Assembly (NCBI GenBank): GCA_965249555.1
Contig: OZ252243.1
Location: forward strand, 288,001-352,000
DNA length: 64,000 nucleotides
Origin: Nitrosopumilus sp.
Lineage (GTDB): Archaea; Thermoproteota; Nitrososphaeria; Nitrososphaerales; Nitrosopumilaceae
Direction: 5' to 3'
Shown one piece after another: positions 20,184 through 31,924 of this stretch. Each line of letters begins with the position of its first letter. The first letter of the stretch is position 1. The notes below the pieces were generated by a model that worked only from the letters and a program-made list of their open reading frames with translations, was not told the DNA's origin and made no database searches. A program made the translations under genes and the position numbers.

Positions 20184-21770
20184 TTATTTTATCTGATTTT
20201 TTTGGATGGTTCTATTATATGCCACTCCGAATCTATGGGTTTCATCTCGTGCATGCTGCAAAATTTTCAAAGATGCGTGATTTTTTGGAATTACTATTGA
20301 ATTTTTATTTCTTGGAACATAGACTTCTTCATTTTCTTTGGCCAAAGAAATACACGGAAGCTTTAATCCCAAAGATTCTAAAGATTTCATAGCTGCATTT
20401 AGTTGTCCTTTACCGCCATCAATTAGTATCAGATCAGGAAGTTCAGAATTTTCTTCAAGCAGCCTATAGTATCTTCTTTTTATGATTTCTCCAATCATTG
20501 CAAAATCATCCCTTCCAGATACTGTTTTAATTCTGAATTTTCTATATCCTGATTTGTTTGGTTTTCCATCTACAAATCTAGACATTGAACCTACAGCAAA
20601 GTCAGTACCATGATTTGAAATATCAAAACATTCAATGACATTAGGAATTACAGGTAGATTTAGAATTTCTTTTAATTCAACTAATCCGGGTTCTCCACCT
20701 TTTGAATGAATTAATTTGATATTTTTTAAGATCAAATTTATGATATCTCGTTTCTTTCCTTTATTTGGAGATAAGATTTTTACAACAAATCCAGCTTGCT
20801 CTGAAAGTAATGACTCTAATAATTTTGGATTATCAGGAAGTATACTAACAAGAATGAATTTGGGGATTTTATGTGTAGAATAATACTGATAAAGAAAGTT
20901 TGAAAAAGAATTATCTCCAACTAGATCAAAAAAGAATTTGTCACTATCTCGGATCACACCATTAATCATTCTAAAATTCATAACTGTGGCAGTCTGGTCT
21001 TGGATGCCAATTCCAAAATACTCCTCATCAGAATTTTTGACATATTCCATTTTTTGCTTGGTTTGAAGACTTCCAAGTCGGATCAAAGTATCACGTATGT
21101 CTTTTGCACGCTCAAATTGTTGGATTTTAGCGGCTTGATGCATTTCTTCTTCTAATTTTTTTGCAAAAATTTTAGCCTGGTTTTTGCCTTTGAGGACGTC
21201 TTCTAATGCAGAAACATGTTTCGGATATCTGTCTTGTGCATCTTTGAATTCACATGGACCCTCACAATTTCCCAAATGATATTCCAGGCATACTTTTTTT
21301 GGAAGGGTTTTACAGATTCTAATTTGAAATGCTTTTCTTAATGTACCAATTGTAAGTAATTTTGAGCTGCCTTGAGTAAACGGACCAAAAGTTTTTCCTT
21401 TACCTAAAAATTTTCCATCCCTAGTTCTTCTTGCCACTAAAAGTCTCGGATATTTTTCATCAGAGATTCGAAGATAGGTGTATCTTTGTTGATCTTTTAA
21501 TTCAATATTGAATCTTGGGCGATGTTTTTTGATCATATTTGATTCTAAAAGAAAAGCTTCACTCTCATTATCAGTCAAAATGAATTCAATATCCGAAATA
21601 TTTTCTACCAGTTTTTGGGTCTTGTAATTCTGATTTTTTAGAAAATATGACTTTACTCGATTTTTTAGATTCTTTGCTTTTCCAATATAGATGATTTTTC
21701 CTCCAGAATCTTTCATCAAATAGATTCCAGGATTAGTAGGAATTGTAATTTTTGAGATATGAAAAGTCAT
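20184..21770 (-). CDS. uvrC: Excinuclease ABC subunit C
   Basis: GIY-YIG domain (PGIYLMKD..IYIGKAKNLKNRVKSYF), ECFDIS, LIDGGKGQL and RDETHRF. Confidence 0.97.
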   Translation of the reverse strand: MTFHISKITIPTNPGIYLMKDSGGKIIYIGKAKNLKNRVKSYFLKNQNYKTQKLVENISDIEFILTDNESEAFLLESNMIKKHRPRFNIELKDQQRYTYLRISDEKYPRLLVARRTRDGKFLGKGKTFGPFTQGSSKLLTIGTLRKAFQIRICKTLPKKVCLEYHLGNCEGPCEFKDAQDRYPKHVSALEDVLKGKNQAKIFAKKLEEEMHQAAKIQQFERAKDIRDTLIRLGSLQTKQKMEYVKNSDEEYFGIGIQDQTATVMNFRMINGVIRDSDKFFFDLVGDNSFSNFLYQYYSTHKIPKFILVSILPDNPKLLESLLSEQAGFVVKILSPNKGKKRDIINLILKNIKLIHSKGGEPGLVELKEILNLPVIPNVIECFDISNHGTDFAVGSMSRFVDGKPNKSGYRKFRIKTVSGRDDFAMIGEIIKRRYYRLLEENSELPDLILIDGGKGQLNAAMKSLESLGLKLPCISLAKENEEVYVPRNKNSIVIPKNHASLKILQHARDETHRFGVAYNRTIQKNQIK

Positions 21771-24586
21771 TTTTTTAATAATTTTTTCAAATATTTTCCA
21801 GTATAGCTTCCTTGCGCCTTTGCAACATCTTGTGGAGTTCCAGTAGATACAATTTCACCTCCTTCATCACCTCCTTCTGGTCCAAGATCAATTAGCCAAT
21901 CTGAATTCTTGATTACATCCATGTTGTGCTCAATTACTACTACGGTATTTCCCAAGTTTACCAATCGATTAAGTACGTCTAGTAATTTTTTGACATCTGC
22001 AAAATGCAAGCCAGTAGTAGGCTCATCTAGAATATAGAGTGTCTTTCCAGTACCTCGTTTTGATAGCTCAGAGGCAAGTTTTACTCTTTGAGCTTCACCA
22101 CCGGACAGTGTAGTAGATGATTGCCCTAGTTTGATATAGCCCAACCCAACATCATAAACTGTCTGTAATTTTCGTTTTATAGCAGGAATGTTCTCAAAGA
22201 AATTCAATGCCTCATAAACTGTCATATCTAAAATATCTGAGATGTTTTTACCTTTGAATAGCACAGATAATGTTTCAGAGTTGTATCTTTTTCCTTTACA
22301 TTCATCACATTTTACATACACGTCAGACAGGAATTGCATTTCAATTTGTTTCACCCCATCACCATCACATGCAAAACATCTTCCATCAGCTACATTAAAT
22401 GAAAATTGTCCTGGAGCATATCCACGCTCTTTTGATAATTCAGTATGGGCATAAAGTTCTCGAATAGGAGTAAAGGCACCAATATAAGTTGCAGGATTTG
22501 AACGTGGGGTTCTGCCAATTGGAGACTGATCTATTGCAATTACTTTATCAATATTTTCTAAACCAATAATCTCTTTGTGACTTCCAGGTCTTACATTTGA
22601 TTTGTAGAAATGGTTTTCCAAGGTCTTAAGTAAAACATCATTAATCAATGTAGACTTGCCAGAACCAGAAACACCAGTTACAGCTACAAAAAGACCTAGG
22701 GGAATTTCAACATCAATTTCTTTTAGATTATTTTCTGATGCTTTTGTAATAACTAATGAACCAGAACGATTACGAACTTTGTTTTGTAGATGTATCAAGG
22801 ATTTATTTTTTAGATAGTCACCAGTAACTGATTTGTGCCCATTAAGGATTTTGTTTACTGTCCCCTCAAAAACTACATTTCCACCATGCACACCAGCACC
22901 AGGACCTAAATCTATTAGCCAATCTGAATTTCGTATAATTTCTTCGTCATGCTCTACAACAATTACAGTATTTCCAAGATTTCGTAGCTTTGTTAACGTT
23001 TTAATGAGTCGTTCATTATCACGTTGGTGCAATCCAATTGTGGGTTCATCAAGAACATACAAAACACCAGTGAGATTAGAACCAATTTGAGTTGCTAGTC
23101 TAATTCGTTGAGATTCGCCACCAGACAGTGTGGAACTTGACCTGTTTAATGTAAGATAATTCAACCCAACATTCATTAAAAATTCTAGTCGTTCTTTGAT
23201 TTCTTTGAGAATATCTCTTGCAATGTATTGTTCATTTTCAGTCAATTCTAATGTAGAGAAAAAATCATAACAGTGATCAATTGATAGATCACAAACATCT
23301 ATGATTCCTTTATCATTGATTTTAACTGCAAGTGATTCTGGTTTTAGTTTTTTACCGTTGCATGTATTACAAGGAGTATCTCGCATGAATTGCTTTAGCC
23401 ACTCACGTTTAGATTCAGAATCAGTTTCCATAAAGACACGTTGTAGGTTTGCAAGAACACCTTCAAATGCATTAGTAGATTGCCAAGATGAATCTCCTGA
23501 TTTTGAACGATATTGAAAATCAATCAAATCATCTGTTCCATTTAATATAATCTTTAGATGTTTTGACTTTATTTTTTCAATTGGAGTCATTAAATCAAAA
23601 CCAAATTTTTTTCCAACAGCTCTTAATGCTTGTCTTCTAAATGATGAAAACCGTCCACTCCATGGAACAATAGCGCCATCTAAAATGGACTTTGTTTTAT
23701 CTGGAATTACCAAATCAGCATCAAACTCCATTTTTACACCTAGACCATTACATGTTTTACACATTCCAAATGGAGAATTAAAAGAAAAGGTTCGGGGCTC
23801 TAGATCACCCACAGTTAATCCACAATAAGGGCATGCATTGTTTTGTGAGAAAATTTTTTCTGTTTTATCAAATGCTATCATCACATCTCCCTTTGATGCT
23901 TTAATTGCAGTTTGAATTGCTTCAAAAAGTCTAGATCTTTCAGATTTTTCAGTTGTGATCCTATCAACTACTATCTCAATATTATGCCATTTTTGCCTGT
24001 CTAATGATGGAATTTCATCATCTAGGCTCAAAATATCCCCATTTAGACGTATTCTAGAGTAACCATCTTTTTTGATTTGTTCAAATAGTTTCTCATATGT
24101 TCCTTTTTTTCTCTGAATTATAGGAGATAGAATCAAAATCTTTTTTCCTTTAAAATCTTTGAGAACAGAATCACAAATTGTTTCAATAGACTGAGTAGAA
24201 ATTTTTCTTTTACAATTAGTACAATATGGAATTCCAATCCTTGCAAAGAGCAATCTCATGTAATCAAAAATCTCAGTAGTTGTACCTACAGTAGAGCGAG
24301 GATTTTTGTTAGTGGTTTTTTGCTGAATGGAAATTGCAGGAGACAAACCTTCAATAGAATCAACATCGGGCTTGTCCATCATTTCTAGAAATTGGCGTGC
24401 ATATGCGGAAAGCGATTCAACATACCTTCTCTGACCTTCTGCATAAATAGTATCAAAAGCCAAAGTAGATTTTCCAGAACCAGATAAGCCACTAATAACA
24501 ACTAGTTTATTTTTTGGAATATCAATATCTAGATTTTTTAGATTGTGATGTCGTGCTCCACGAATCTTTAGCTTATTTTCTGGCAT
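21767..24586 (-). CDS. uvrA: Excinuclease ABC subunit A
   Basis: Two ABC modules ([13 protein letters not shown] and [13 protein letters not shown]) with zinc fingers. Confidence 0.98.
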   Translation of the reverse strand: MPENKLKIRGARHHNLKNLDIDIPKNKLVVISGLSGSGKSTLAFDTIYAEGQRRYVESLSAYARQFLEMMDKPDVDSIEGLSPAISIQQKTTNKNPRSTVGTTTEIFDYMRLLFARIGIPYCTNCKRKISTQSIETICDSVLKDFKGKKILILSPIIQRKKGTYEKLFEQIKKDGYSRIRLNGDILSLDDEIPSLDRQKWHNIEIVVDRITTEKSERSRLFEAIQTAIKASKGDVMIAFDKTEKIFSQNNACPYCGLTVGDLEPRTFSFNSPFGMCKTCNGLGVKMEFDADLVIPDKTKSILDGAIVPWSGRFSSFRRQALRAVGKKFGFDLMTPIEKIKSKHLKIILNGTDDLIDFQYRSKSGDSSWQSTNAFEGVLANLQRVFMETDSESKREWLKQFMRDTPCNTCNGKKLKPESLAVKINDKGIIDVCDLSIDHCYDFFSTLELTENEQYIARDILKEIKERLEFLMNVGLNYLTLNRSSSTLSGGESQRIRLATQIGSNLTGVLYVLDEPTIGLHQRDNERLIKTLTKLRNLGNTVIVVEHDEEIIRNSDWLIDLGPGAGVHGGNVVFEGTVNKILNGHKSVTGDYLKNKSLIHLQNKVRNRSGSLVITKASENNLKEIDVEIPLGLFVAVTGVSGSGKSTLINDVLLKTLENHFYKSNVRPGSHKEIIGLENIDKVIAIDQSPIGRTPRSNPATYIGAFTPIRELYAHTELSKERGYAPGQFSFNVADGRCFACDGDGVKQIEMQFLSDVYVKCDECKGKRYNSETLSVLFKGKNISDILDMTVYEALNFFENIPAIKRKLQTVYDVGLGYIKLGQSSTTLSGGEAQRVKLASELSKRGTGKTLYILDEPTTGLHFADVKKLLDVLNRLVNLGNTVVVIEHNMDVIKNSDWLIDLGPEGGDEGGEIVSTGTPQDVAKAQGSYTGKYLKKLLKK

Positions 24587-26525
24587 TTTTTAGTTGAATC
24601 TCCTTTTCTATTCTTTTTATTCGATCTCTGCATTCTATTGCTCGCTCAAAGTCTAAATCCTCAGAGTATTTTTTCATTTGTGCTTCTAAATCAATAATAT
24701 CAGTGGTGAGATCATAAGTAGACTTTAGTTTTGATTCATCTAATGTTGTTGTTTGTTCTGGAACTGATTTTATTATAGTTCTAGGAATAATGTTATGTTT
24801 TTGATTATATTGCATTTGTTTTTCTCGACGACGTTTAGTTTCATCTATAGCATTGGTCATTGATTGTGTAATATTATCAGCATACATTATCACAGTTCCA
24901 TGTTCGTTTCTTGAAGCACGGCCAAATGTTTGAATTAAGCTAGTAAAGTTTCTTAAAAATCCTTCTTTATCAGCATCCAAAATTGCTACTAAAGAAACTT
25001 CAGGTATATCCAATCCCTCTCGCAGAAGATTAATTCCAACAAGAACATCAAATTCCCCTAAACGTAATTGTCTAATTATCTCAGTTCGTTGCAACCCCTC
25101 AATTTCTGAATGCATATAGCGTACTCTAACTTGTTTTTTTGATAGATATTCAGCCAAGTCTTCGGCCATTCTTTTGGTTAGAGTAGTAACTAAAACACGC
25201 TCAGAATTCTCTACTCTTTTGTTGATTTCTTTGATTAAATCATCCAGTTGACCATTAGTGGGCCTAATCTCAACAGGGGGATCAAGTAGGCCAGTGGGCC
25301 TTACTAGTTGTTCAGCAATTTTTGAGGAGACTTTTCGCTCATATTCAGAAGGAGTGGCAGATACAAATATTGTATTTTTAATGTACTCCTCAAACTCTTC
25401 GAATTTTAATGGACGATTGTCATATGCGCTTGGAAGTCTAAATCCATAAGTTACTAGTTCTTTTTTTCTAGAATAATCACCCTTGTACATTCCATGGAGT
25501 TGTGGTAGAGATACATGGGATTCATCAATTACCAAAAGATAATCATCTCCAAAAAAATCCATCAAACAAAATGCTTTTTCTCCAGCTTTTCTTCCATCAA
25601 AATGCCTGGAGTAATTTTCAATTCCAGAGCAGTAACCTAATTCCTCAATCATTTCTAAATCATATTTTGTTCGCATCTCAAGTCTTTGATTTTCCAATTC
25701 ATTTAATTCAGGTAAACGTTTTTTTAATTCTTCTTTTATAGATTTAACAGCTTTTTCTCTAATATCTTTTGCAATAAGATAATGTTTGGCAGGAAAAATT
25801 TTAATTTGCGAGATTTTCTTCTTTTCTTTTAGTGACACATGATCAAGTATAGTAATTTTTTCTACTTCATCACCAAACAGAGAAATTCTAATTAGATCTT
25901 CAGAATATGCAGGAGTGACATCAATGGTGTCACCTTTAACCCGAAAGTTTCCTGGTGCAACCTCAGTATCATTTCGTTCATATCTAGCATCAATAAATTT
26001 TCGAATAATTTCATTTCGTTTAATTGTATCACTAGTGTTAATTGTTATTGCCAGGTCTTCCCAATCTTGAGGATTCCCAAGAGAGTAAATACAAGAAACT
26101 GTTGATATAATTATTGTAGGCTCTCCTGAAAGTAGCATTGCAGTTGCCTCTAGTCGCAATTTTTCAATTTTCTCATTGATTTGAGTATCTTTTTCGATAT
26201 AGGTATCTGTTTGGGGAAGATAACTTTCGGGTTGATAATAGTCATAGTATGATACAAAATATCCAACATTGTTTTTTGGAAAAAATTGTTTCAATTCGGA
26301 ATAAAGCTGTGCTGCAAGAGTTTTGTTATGAGATATTACCAAAGTATTTTTGCCAGTCCTAGCAATAACATTTGCAACCGAAAAGGTCTTGCCACTTCCT
26401 GTGACTCCAAGTAATGTTTGAACTGTTCCTTTTTTAACGCCTTCAACTAGTGTATCAATTGCTTGCGGTTGATCTCCAGTAGGATCAAAATCAGATGCTA
26501 GTTCAAATTGGGATATTTGTTCCAA
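24573..26525 (-). CDS. uvrB: Excinuclease ABC subunit B
   Basis: PTGDQPQAI, GVTGSGKT, YYDYYQPE, DESH and GINLLREGLD motifs. Confidence 0.98.
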   Translation of the reverse strand: MEQISQFELASDFDPTGDQPQAIDTLVEGVKKGTVQTLLGVTGSGKTFSVANVIARTGKNTLVISHNKTLAAQLYSELKQFFPKNNVGYFVSYYDYYQPESYLPQTDTYIEKDTQINEKIEKLRLEATAMLLSGEPTIIISTVSCIYSLGNPQDWEDLAITINTSDTIKRNEIIRKFIDARYERNDTEVAPGNFRVKGDTIDVTPAYSEDLIRISLFGDEVEKITILDHVSLKEKKKISQIKIFPAKHYLIAKDIREKAVKSIKEELKKRLPELNELENQRLEMRTKYDLEMIEELGYCSGIENYSRHFDGRKAGEKAFCLMDFFGDDYLLVIDESHVSLPQLHGMYKGDYSRKKELVTYGFRLPSAYDNRPLKFEEFEEYIKNTIFVSATPSEYERKVSSKIAEQLVRPTGLLDPPVEIRPTNGQLDDLIKEINKRVENSERVLVTTLTKRMAEDLAEYLSKKQVRVRYMHSEIEGLQRTEIIRQLRLGEFDVLVGINLLREGLDIPEVSLVAILDADKEGFLRNFTSLIQTFGRASRNEHGTVIMYADNITQSMTNAIDETKRRREKQMQYNQKHNIIPRTIIKSVPEQTTTLDESKLKSTYDLTTDIIDLEAQMKKYSEDLDFERAIECRDRIKRIEKEIQLKNARK

Positions 26526-26545
26526 TACATAAGATTCTCAAAAAC

Positions 26546-26746
26546 TGAACTTATAGCTAACGTTTGTCAAGTAAAAACCAGAGATCAAATCTAATTTTAA
26601 TCACAATTACATTTTGAACCATATTTTGGATTACAAATTTCACAATCTAAAAGACATTTGTCGACTGGACAATATCTACAAACCTGTTTTTTGGGTTTTG
26701 ATTCATCCAACTACTATTTACAACTAAATTGAACTTTTAGCTAACG
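26546..26746 (-). promoter_or_regulatory. Duplicated 17-bp promoter motif CGTTAGCTA(T/A)AAGTTCA
   Basis: Copies at 26546-26562 and 26730-26746, each about 20 nt upstream of a TTG start. Confidence 0.6.
26597..26710 (-). CDS. 37-aa Cys-rich metallothionein-like peptide (below ORF-track cutoff)
   Basis: TTG-start ORF MDESKPKKQVCRYCPVDKCLLDCEICNPKYGSKCNCD with 7 Cys; shares an upstream motif with uvrB. Confidence 0.6.
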   Translation of the reverse strand: MDESKPKKQVCRYCPVDKCLLDCEICNPKYGSKCNCD

Positions 26747-26778
26747 AATATCGAGTAACCCGTGATATCAAACTGAGA

Positions 26779-27414
26779 TTACCATACAGGTTCATCAACC
26801 ATTTTCAGCCCATTATCAGTTACTTCAAAACCCATGATTTTCAGAGTTTGTTTAGAGGATGAAGAATTTTTTTTCAAAATCTTTTTTGCTAAATCCATTC
26901 TATCTGCAGAATTCAGGTCTTGACCAATTTTGTATTTACCATGTATCGTTTCTGGAATTATTTTAATCACAATAACAGCATCTAAAACTCGCATATCAGA
27001 TTTAATTGGATCATATTGTCCCTCTGGTTGATATTTCTCCATTAACCCATTAAGCGCAAGTGTTTTTTCTTCTCTATCAGTAACAAAAGAGGCAGTTCCT
27101 TTGATTACAACACTAATGTACAAAGTATCTGCCAAAGATGCATCAAGAGGATCCTCAAAATAAGAGGGAAGAAATTCCAGTTCTCTATCTACCTCAAAAC
27201 CAACTTTGTTGTTGCGAGAAATATTATCTAATTTTTCACCTTTAACATGAGAGTGTATGTAAATAGCATCATTTAGAAAAACAAAATTCATCGGAATTAT
27301 TTGTGGAAACCCATTTCCATCAATGCTGGAAATTCTACCAACATGTTCTTCTCTAAGAAATTCTTTAATTTTTTCAAATGAATTAATTTTCAAGATTCCA
27401 ATTAGTTTCAACAA
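26779..27414 (-). CDS. Pyridoxamine 5'-phosphate oxidase-like (NimA-type) flavin-binding protein
   Basis: GRISSID..PQIIPMNF..IHS..GEKLDNI..NNKVGFEVD..YISVVIKG. Confidence 0.85.
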   Translation of the reverse strand: MLKLIGILKINSFEKIKEFLREEHVGRISSIDGNGFPQIIPMNFVFLNDAIYIHSHVKGEKLDNISRNNKVGFEVDRELEFLPSYFEDPLDASLADTLYISVVIKGTASFVTDREEKTLALNGLMEKYQPEGQYDPIKSDMRVLDAVIVIKIIPETIHGKYKIGQDLNSADRMDLAKKILKKNSSSSKQTLKIMGFEVTDNGLKMVDEPVW

Positions 27415-27737
27415 CTAAATTACAAAAAATCATTTTATAAATCCAGAGTACAAATACTCAAAATACGACAGCAGGTAAATGAAAAAACATACTCAAACTA
27501 GAAGAAAAGGGTCTAAATCAAAAAAAAGTCTAATCTATTTCGTCTAGTTCTTTTGCCAATGCTTTGATTTCTAAAATTTTGCATTCTAATTCTGTGCATT
27601 CACTTTTTAATTCTGTGCTCATAGCAAATTATGACAAAAATAATCAAAAAGGAGGAACATTCTAAAACTTGACTTGGTTCATCCAAACTTTTCATTAATG
27701 AAAACTGATAAAATATAGGAATATCTCAAGACAACCA

Positions 27738-28157
27738 ATGTATGAAAGAGACCAAGAACGAGAAGGCATCACACAACAAGTTTTAGATGTTTTAGAAAAA
27801 TGGGGTTCTGAATCAAGATTTATCTGGTTTAGAGAATTACATAGAATTACAGATATTGACAAAGGCTTACTTCGAAATATTATCAGTGATCTAAAAAAAT
27901 CAAAAGAAGTTAAAGATATGCATGGAACAAATAATAGAATATTTTTTTGTCTTAAAAAATATTACATCAAATGCAGAGATGTAGAATTTAGATACAAAGG
28001 AAAAGCAATTATGTTAAGGGACGGAAGTAAAACAAAAATTATTCAAGGTGAAACAAAATCCACAAAACGTACAAGAAAAAGATTAGTAAAGCAACAAAAT
28101 AAACGCAGAGCTAAATCATTTACAAAAGCAAAAAACAAAAGACCACACAAGTCATAA
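27738..28157 (+). CDS. Hypothetical protein, possible winged HTH with basic tail
   Basis: WFRELHRITDIDKGLLRNIISDL helix pattern. Confidence 0.55.
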   Translation: MYERDQEREGITQQVLDVLEKWGSESRFIWFRELHRITDIDKGLLRNIISDLKKSKEVKDMHGTNNRIFFCLKKYYIKCRDVEFRYKGKAIMLRDGSKTKIIQGETKSTKRTRKRLVKQQNKRRAKSFTKAKNKRPHKS

Positions 28158-28158
28158 A

Positions 28159-28392
28159 TTAGAAAGAATCTTCAGCTTGTCTTCTAACAAGATTAGATTC
28201 GGCACGTTTGAGTTTTGCAGATTCAGTAACATCTTCAGTCAGATCATATAGTTGATAAAGTTCCATATTTGGAGTCAATTCATCTTCCTTTTCAGATTCT
28301 AAATCAAGTTCAATATTTGCCAAGATTTCAACATTTTCTTCTAAAATATCAAGACATTTTTTTACGGATTCTGGAAGTTCGTCATCCATCAT
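28159..28392 (-). CDS. Hypothetical acidic protein
   Basis: MMDDELPESVKKCLDILEEN ORF. Confidence 0.55.
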   Translation of the reverse strand: MMDDELPESVKKCLDILEENVEILANIELDLESEKEDELTPNMELYQLYDLTEDVTESAKLKRAESNLVRRQAEDSF

Positions 28393-28448
28393 ATTTACCA
28401 ATAACAAGTAAAGTAAATGATTTGCTGTATGTAATAGAACAGAACGTC

Positions 28449-29555
28449 TTATTGTTTGGCTATTTCTCTGAGTTTTGGCATTACATGAGTTGCAAATTTG
28501 TCAATAGAGCCAAAGTAATTCTTACCCCAGAATCGAATTACAAAGTGATTGACACCAGCTTTCATAAATCTCTCAAATACTGGAATTATATCTTCAGGAG
28601 TGCCAACTGCAGTTGAAGAGCGAGCAATTGGATCTGGAATCTTTGTTGCTGCTTCTCTCATCTTTATAATCCAAGATTGATCAGACATTGAATATTCTGT
28701 AAAGTATTTGACAAAATCAAATCCTTCAATTTCTTTTAATCCATGAACTCTAAGTACTTCAGGCTTGAACAAGCTTACTTTGACTGCCTCTTTCATTTTT
28801 GCCCAAGATTCTTCTGCATCTTCAGAAAAGTATACATCAATATCAAGTGCAAATTGGAAGTTGTCTTTTGCTTCTTGTGTTCGGTTATTTTCATCCATTG
28901 ATTTTGTAATTTGTGCTTTATGATCTACAAAGAGTTCTGGAGTATAGCCAATTGGCAACCAACCGTCACCAAGTTTTCCAGTTAATGCAAGTGTACGTTT
29001 ACCACCAGATGCCATGTAAGTTGGTGGGCGTGGTTTTCTAATCGGGGGTGCTTGCAAGCATGCACCTTCAAGTTTGTAATATTTTCCTTCGTAACTTACT
29101 ACGTTATCAGGAGTTGATTCATACAATTTATGAATGAGTTCAATTTGTTCTGCCCATTTTGAAACTGGTTTTTCAAATGGAATGCAAAATTCTTTTAGAT
29201 TTTGAGCCTCACCAGCGCCAATACCAAGAATAGCCCTACCTTTTGAAACTCTATCAAGAGAAATAGCAGCTAGTGCAATGTTGGATGGATGTCTTCGGAT
29301 TGCATCAGTTACACATGTTCCTAGCTCTACATTGTTTGTAACTGCAGCAATTGCAGACAACATAACCCAAGGATCCAAAACAATTGCGTTTTTCCATTGG
29401 GGTACATTGGTGTGATCCATATAGAAAATAGAATCATAACCGGTTTTATCGGCAAGTATACAAGCTGTTAGAATTTGATCTTCAGTATATCCGGCTCTAG
29501 CTACATTTAGTCCGTTTTGAATACCAAATTTTAGCTTTTTTTCAGTCACGTACAC
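28449..29555 (-). CDS. LLM-class (F420-dependent) oxidoreductase
   Basis: LDPWVMLSAIAAVT..LGTCVT..RRHP..SKGRAILGIGAG and GDGWLP motifs. Confidence 0.9.
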   Translation of the reverse strand: MYVTEKKLKFGIQNGLNVARAGYTEDQILTACILADKTGYDSIFYMDHTNVPQWKNAIVLDPWVMLSAIAAVTNNVELGTCVTDAIRRHPSNIALAAISLDRVSKGRAILGIGAGEAQNLKEFCIPFEKPVSKWAEQIELIHKLYESTPDNVVSYEGKYYKLEGACLQAPPIRKPRPPTYMASGGKRTLALTGKLGDGWLPIGYTPELFVDHKAQITKSMDENNRTQEAKDNFQFALDIDVYFSEDAEESWAKMKEAVKVSLFKPEVLRVHGLKEIEGFDFVKYFTEYSMSDQSWIIKMREAATKIPDPIARSSTAVGTPEDIIPVFERFMKAGVNHFVIRFWGKNYFGSIDKFATHVMPKLREIAKQ

Positions 29556-29648
29556 TTACGACAGAATGTTAGAATAAATAAGTTTAATCAGCTGCCAATT
29601 TCGCAGTTTATCAAGAAAATAGAAGAAAGGTAAAAAAAATTGAATTTT

Positions 29649-30593
29649 TTACAAATTACCTGCTTTGATACCTTCAAGACATTGAATGACATCATCTTTT
29701 GATATTGGAATTGGGTTTGGATCCAAATGTCCTCTATCAGTCATAACAACATCTGCAGCTTCTGAAACATCAGCTTTGAGTTCTAATTTATCAAAACCAA
29801 GTTTTTCCATAGCTTCTTTGAATTTATCATAAAAGATTGACTTGTTATGCTTGTGCGCAATTGTAGTACAAGAAGACAGTGAATAGCCATGCGGTACACC
29901 TTCATTTGAGAATACATAGGACAAAGCATGTCCAAGTGTTGTAGAGCAATTTCCAAATCCCATTCCAGACAACATTGAACCATATGGATAATTTTCTGGT
30001 TTGTCATTCATAATTGCATCATAAAGAATCTCAAATGCTTGTTTACATAGAGTTCTAGTCAAGTCATTACCAAGTTTGCTATCATATCCCTCAGTAGCCT
30101 GAGCACATGCATCACAAACAGAATTTTTGAGGACTTGATCTGGAGTTCCATTCATAAAATATGAATCAACTACAGCCATGTCAGCCAAGAATCTGTCTTC
30201 GTGTAACAATTTCTTTTTTCCATCAAATTTCAGAACGCAATAAGTTGTCATTTCAGCTCCAGTTCCAAAGGTTGTTGGAATTAAGATCTTTTCTACTCCA
30301 AAATCTTGGGCAGCATATTTTACTACATCCATTGAACTTCCACCACCTAATCCAATTAGGACAGATGGCTTTTTGTCTTTGAATTCTGAAATCAAATTAT
30401 TGACATCATCAATTGATGGTTCAGGCTTTACTTTATCATACAGCATGTAATCCTTAATTCCCATTTTTGCTAACCATTTGTCAGAAAGTTCCGGAGGAAC
30501 TGTTGTGACAACAAGGGCATTTTTAGGATACTCTGTTTGACCAAGTGCATCTTCTCCAAAGTTGATAACTTTTGGAATGCGTACTGTGTGCAT
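29649..30593 (-). CDS. Iron-containing alcohol dehydrogenase family; probable malonic semialdehyde reductase of the 3HP/4HB cycle
   Basis: GLGGGSSMDVVK, PTTFGTGAE and GHALS..HG motifs; specific role inferred from recalled resemblance to N. maritimus Nmar_1110. Confidence 0.8.
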   Translation of the reverse strand: MHTVRIPKVINFGEDALGQTEYPKNALVVTTVPPELSDKWLAKMGIKDYMLYDKVKPEPSIDDVNNLISEFKDKKPSVLIGLGGGSSMDVVKYAAQDFGVEKILIPTTFGTGAEMTTYCVLKFDGKKKLLHEDRFLADMAVVDSYFMNGTPDQVLKNSVCDACAQATEGYDSKLGNDLTRTLCKQAFEILYDAIMNDKPENYPYGSMLSGMGFGNCSTTLGHALSYVFSNEGVPHGYSLSSCTTIAHKHNKSIFYDKFKEAMEKLGFDKLELKADVSEAADVVMTDRGHLDPNPIPISKDDVIQCLEGIKAGNL

Positions 30594-30646
30594 AAGTCAA
30601 AGACATTATTGATTATTATTATATCTTGCATTATTGAGTAAGTGGT

Positions 30647-31924
30647 ATGATCATCCAGAATTTCAATGATTTAGCAACTACTGATAAGAAAAAGGATTGT
30701 CTAGAAATTTTGGAAGCAGGTCTTCAAGCAGCAAACCCAGAAAACATCATTTCAAAATATGTGACACCTAATGAAATCAAGATTGGGAATAAACCAATCA
30801 ACATTGAAAAATATTCTAATATCTATTCTGTTGCATTTGGAAAAGCTGGCGATTCCATGACAAGCGCACTTAACGCAATAATTCCCATAAAAAGTGGAAT
30901 TGTGGTAATTCCCAAAGGTTCTAAATCGATAATCAAAGGTAAAAAGTTTCAAATTTTTAATTCCAGGCATCCTAAACCAGACCAAACAAGCGTAAAGGCA
31001 GCAAAAGAAGTCATGAAGTTTGTCCAAAATAAGCGAAGTGATGAATTAATAATTTTTCTTGTTTCAGGAGGAGGATCATCGCTTCTTGCAATGCCAAATG
31101 AAATAACACTTGATGATAAAATTCACGTTACAACTGTACTGTTAAAATCAGGTGCAACAATTCAAGAATTTAATTGTATTAGAAAGCATCTATCAAAAAT
31201 CAAAGGTGGTAAATTAGTTGAGAATATGAAATGCCAAGGAATAGGTCTGATAATGTCAGATGTGGAAGGAGATGATCTCTCATCTATTGCATCAGGAACA
31301 ACATACATGGATGATACTACATACACAGATGCATTAAAAATTATAGAAAAATATAAAATAAAATGGAAAATGCCCATAGAAGTTTTACAAATTCTAGAGA
31401 AGGGTAAAATAAAAGAAAGTTCAGAAACACCAAAGAAAGCAAAAATTAAAAATCAAATTATTGCAAACAATAATGATTGTCTAGAAGCAATGCAAAGAAA
31501 AGCTAAAGAAATAGGATATGAAGTTTGCACAATGCAGGTTTTTGGTGACATTAAAGATGTAGTGACAAAAATTCTTGAGAATATTTCAGAGAACCAAAAA
31601 AGATGTCTTATTTTTGGTGGTGAGCCAACAGTAAGAGTTCTTGGAAAAGGAATGGGAGGAAGAAATCAAGAACTGGTTTTACGAATATTAAAAAATACTC
31701 AAAAACTAAAAAAAATAGTCATTGCATCCATGGGTACAGATGGAATAGATGGAAATTCTATTTTTGCAGGAGCCATCACAGAGAACACCAGAATAGATTC
31801 ATCAGTAATGAAAGAATTTCTTAAAAATAGTGATTCAGGTAGATTCTTTCAAAAACAAAAAGGAAGTATCATAACTGGTTTTACTCACACAAATCTTATG
31901 GATATAGGCGTGATTTTGAGCTAA
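30647..31924 (+). CDS. Glycerate 2-kinase (MOFRL/DUF4147)
   Basis: FGKA, HPKPD, SGGGSSL, RKHLSKIKGG, GGEPTV, GGRNQE, TDGIDG and THTNLMD motifs. Confidence 0.92.
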   Translation: MIIQNFNDLATTDKKKDCLEILEAGLQAANPENIISKYVTPNEIKIGNKPINIEKYSNIYSVAFGKAGDSMTSALNAIIPIKSGIVVIPKGSKSIIKGKKFQIFNSRHPKPDQTSVKAAKEVMKFVQNKRSDELIIFLVSGGGSSLLAMPNEITLDDKIHVTTVLLKSGATIQEFNCIRKHLSKIKGGKLVENMKCQGIGLIMSDVEGDDLSSIASGTTYMDDTTYTDALKIIEKYKIKWKMPIEVLQILEKGKIKESSETPKKAKIKNQIIANNNDCLEAMQRKAKEIGYEVCTMQVFGDIKDVVTKILENISENQKRCLIFGGEPTVRVLGKGMGGRNQELVLRILKNTQKLKKIVIASMGTDGIDGNSIFAGAITENTRIDSSVMKEFLKNSDSGRFFQKQKGSIITGFTHTNLMDIGVILS

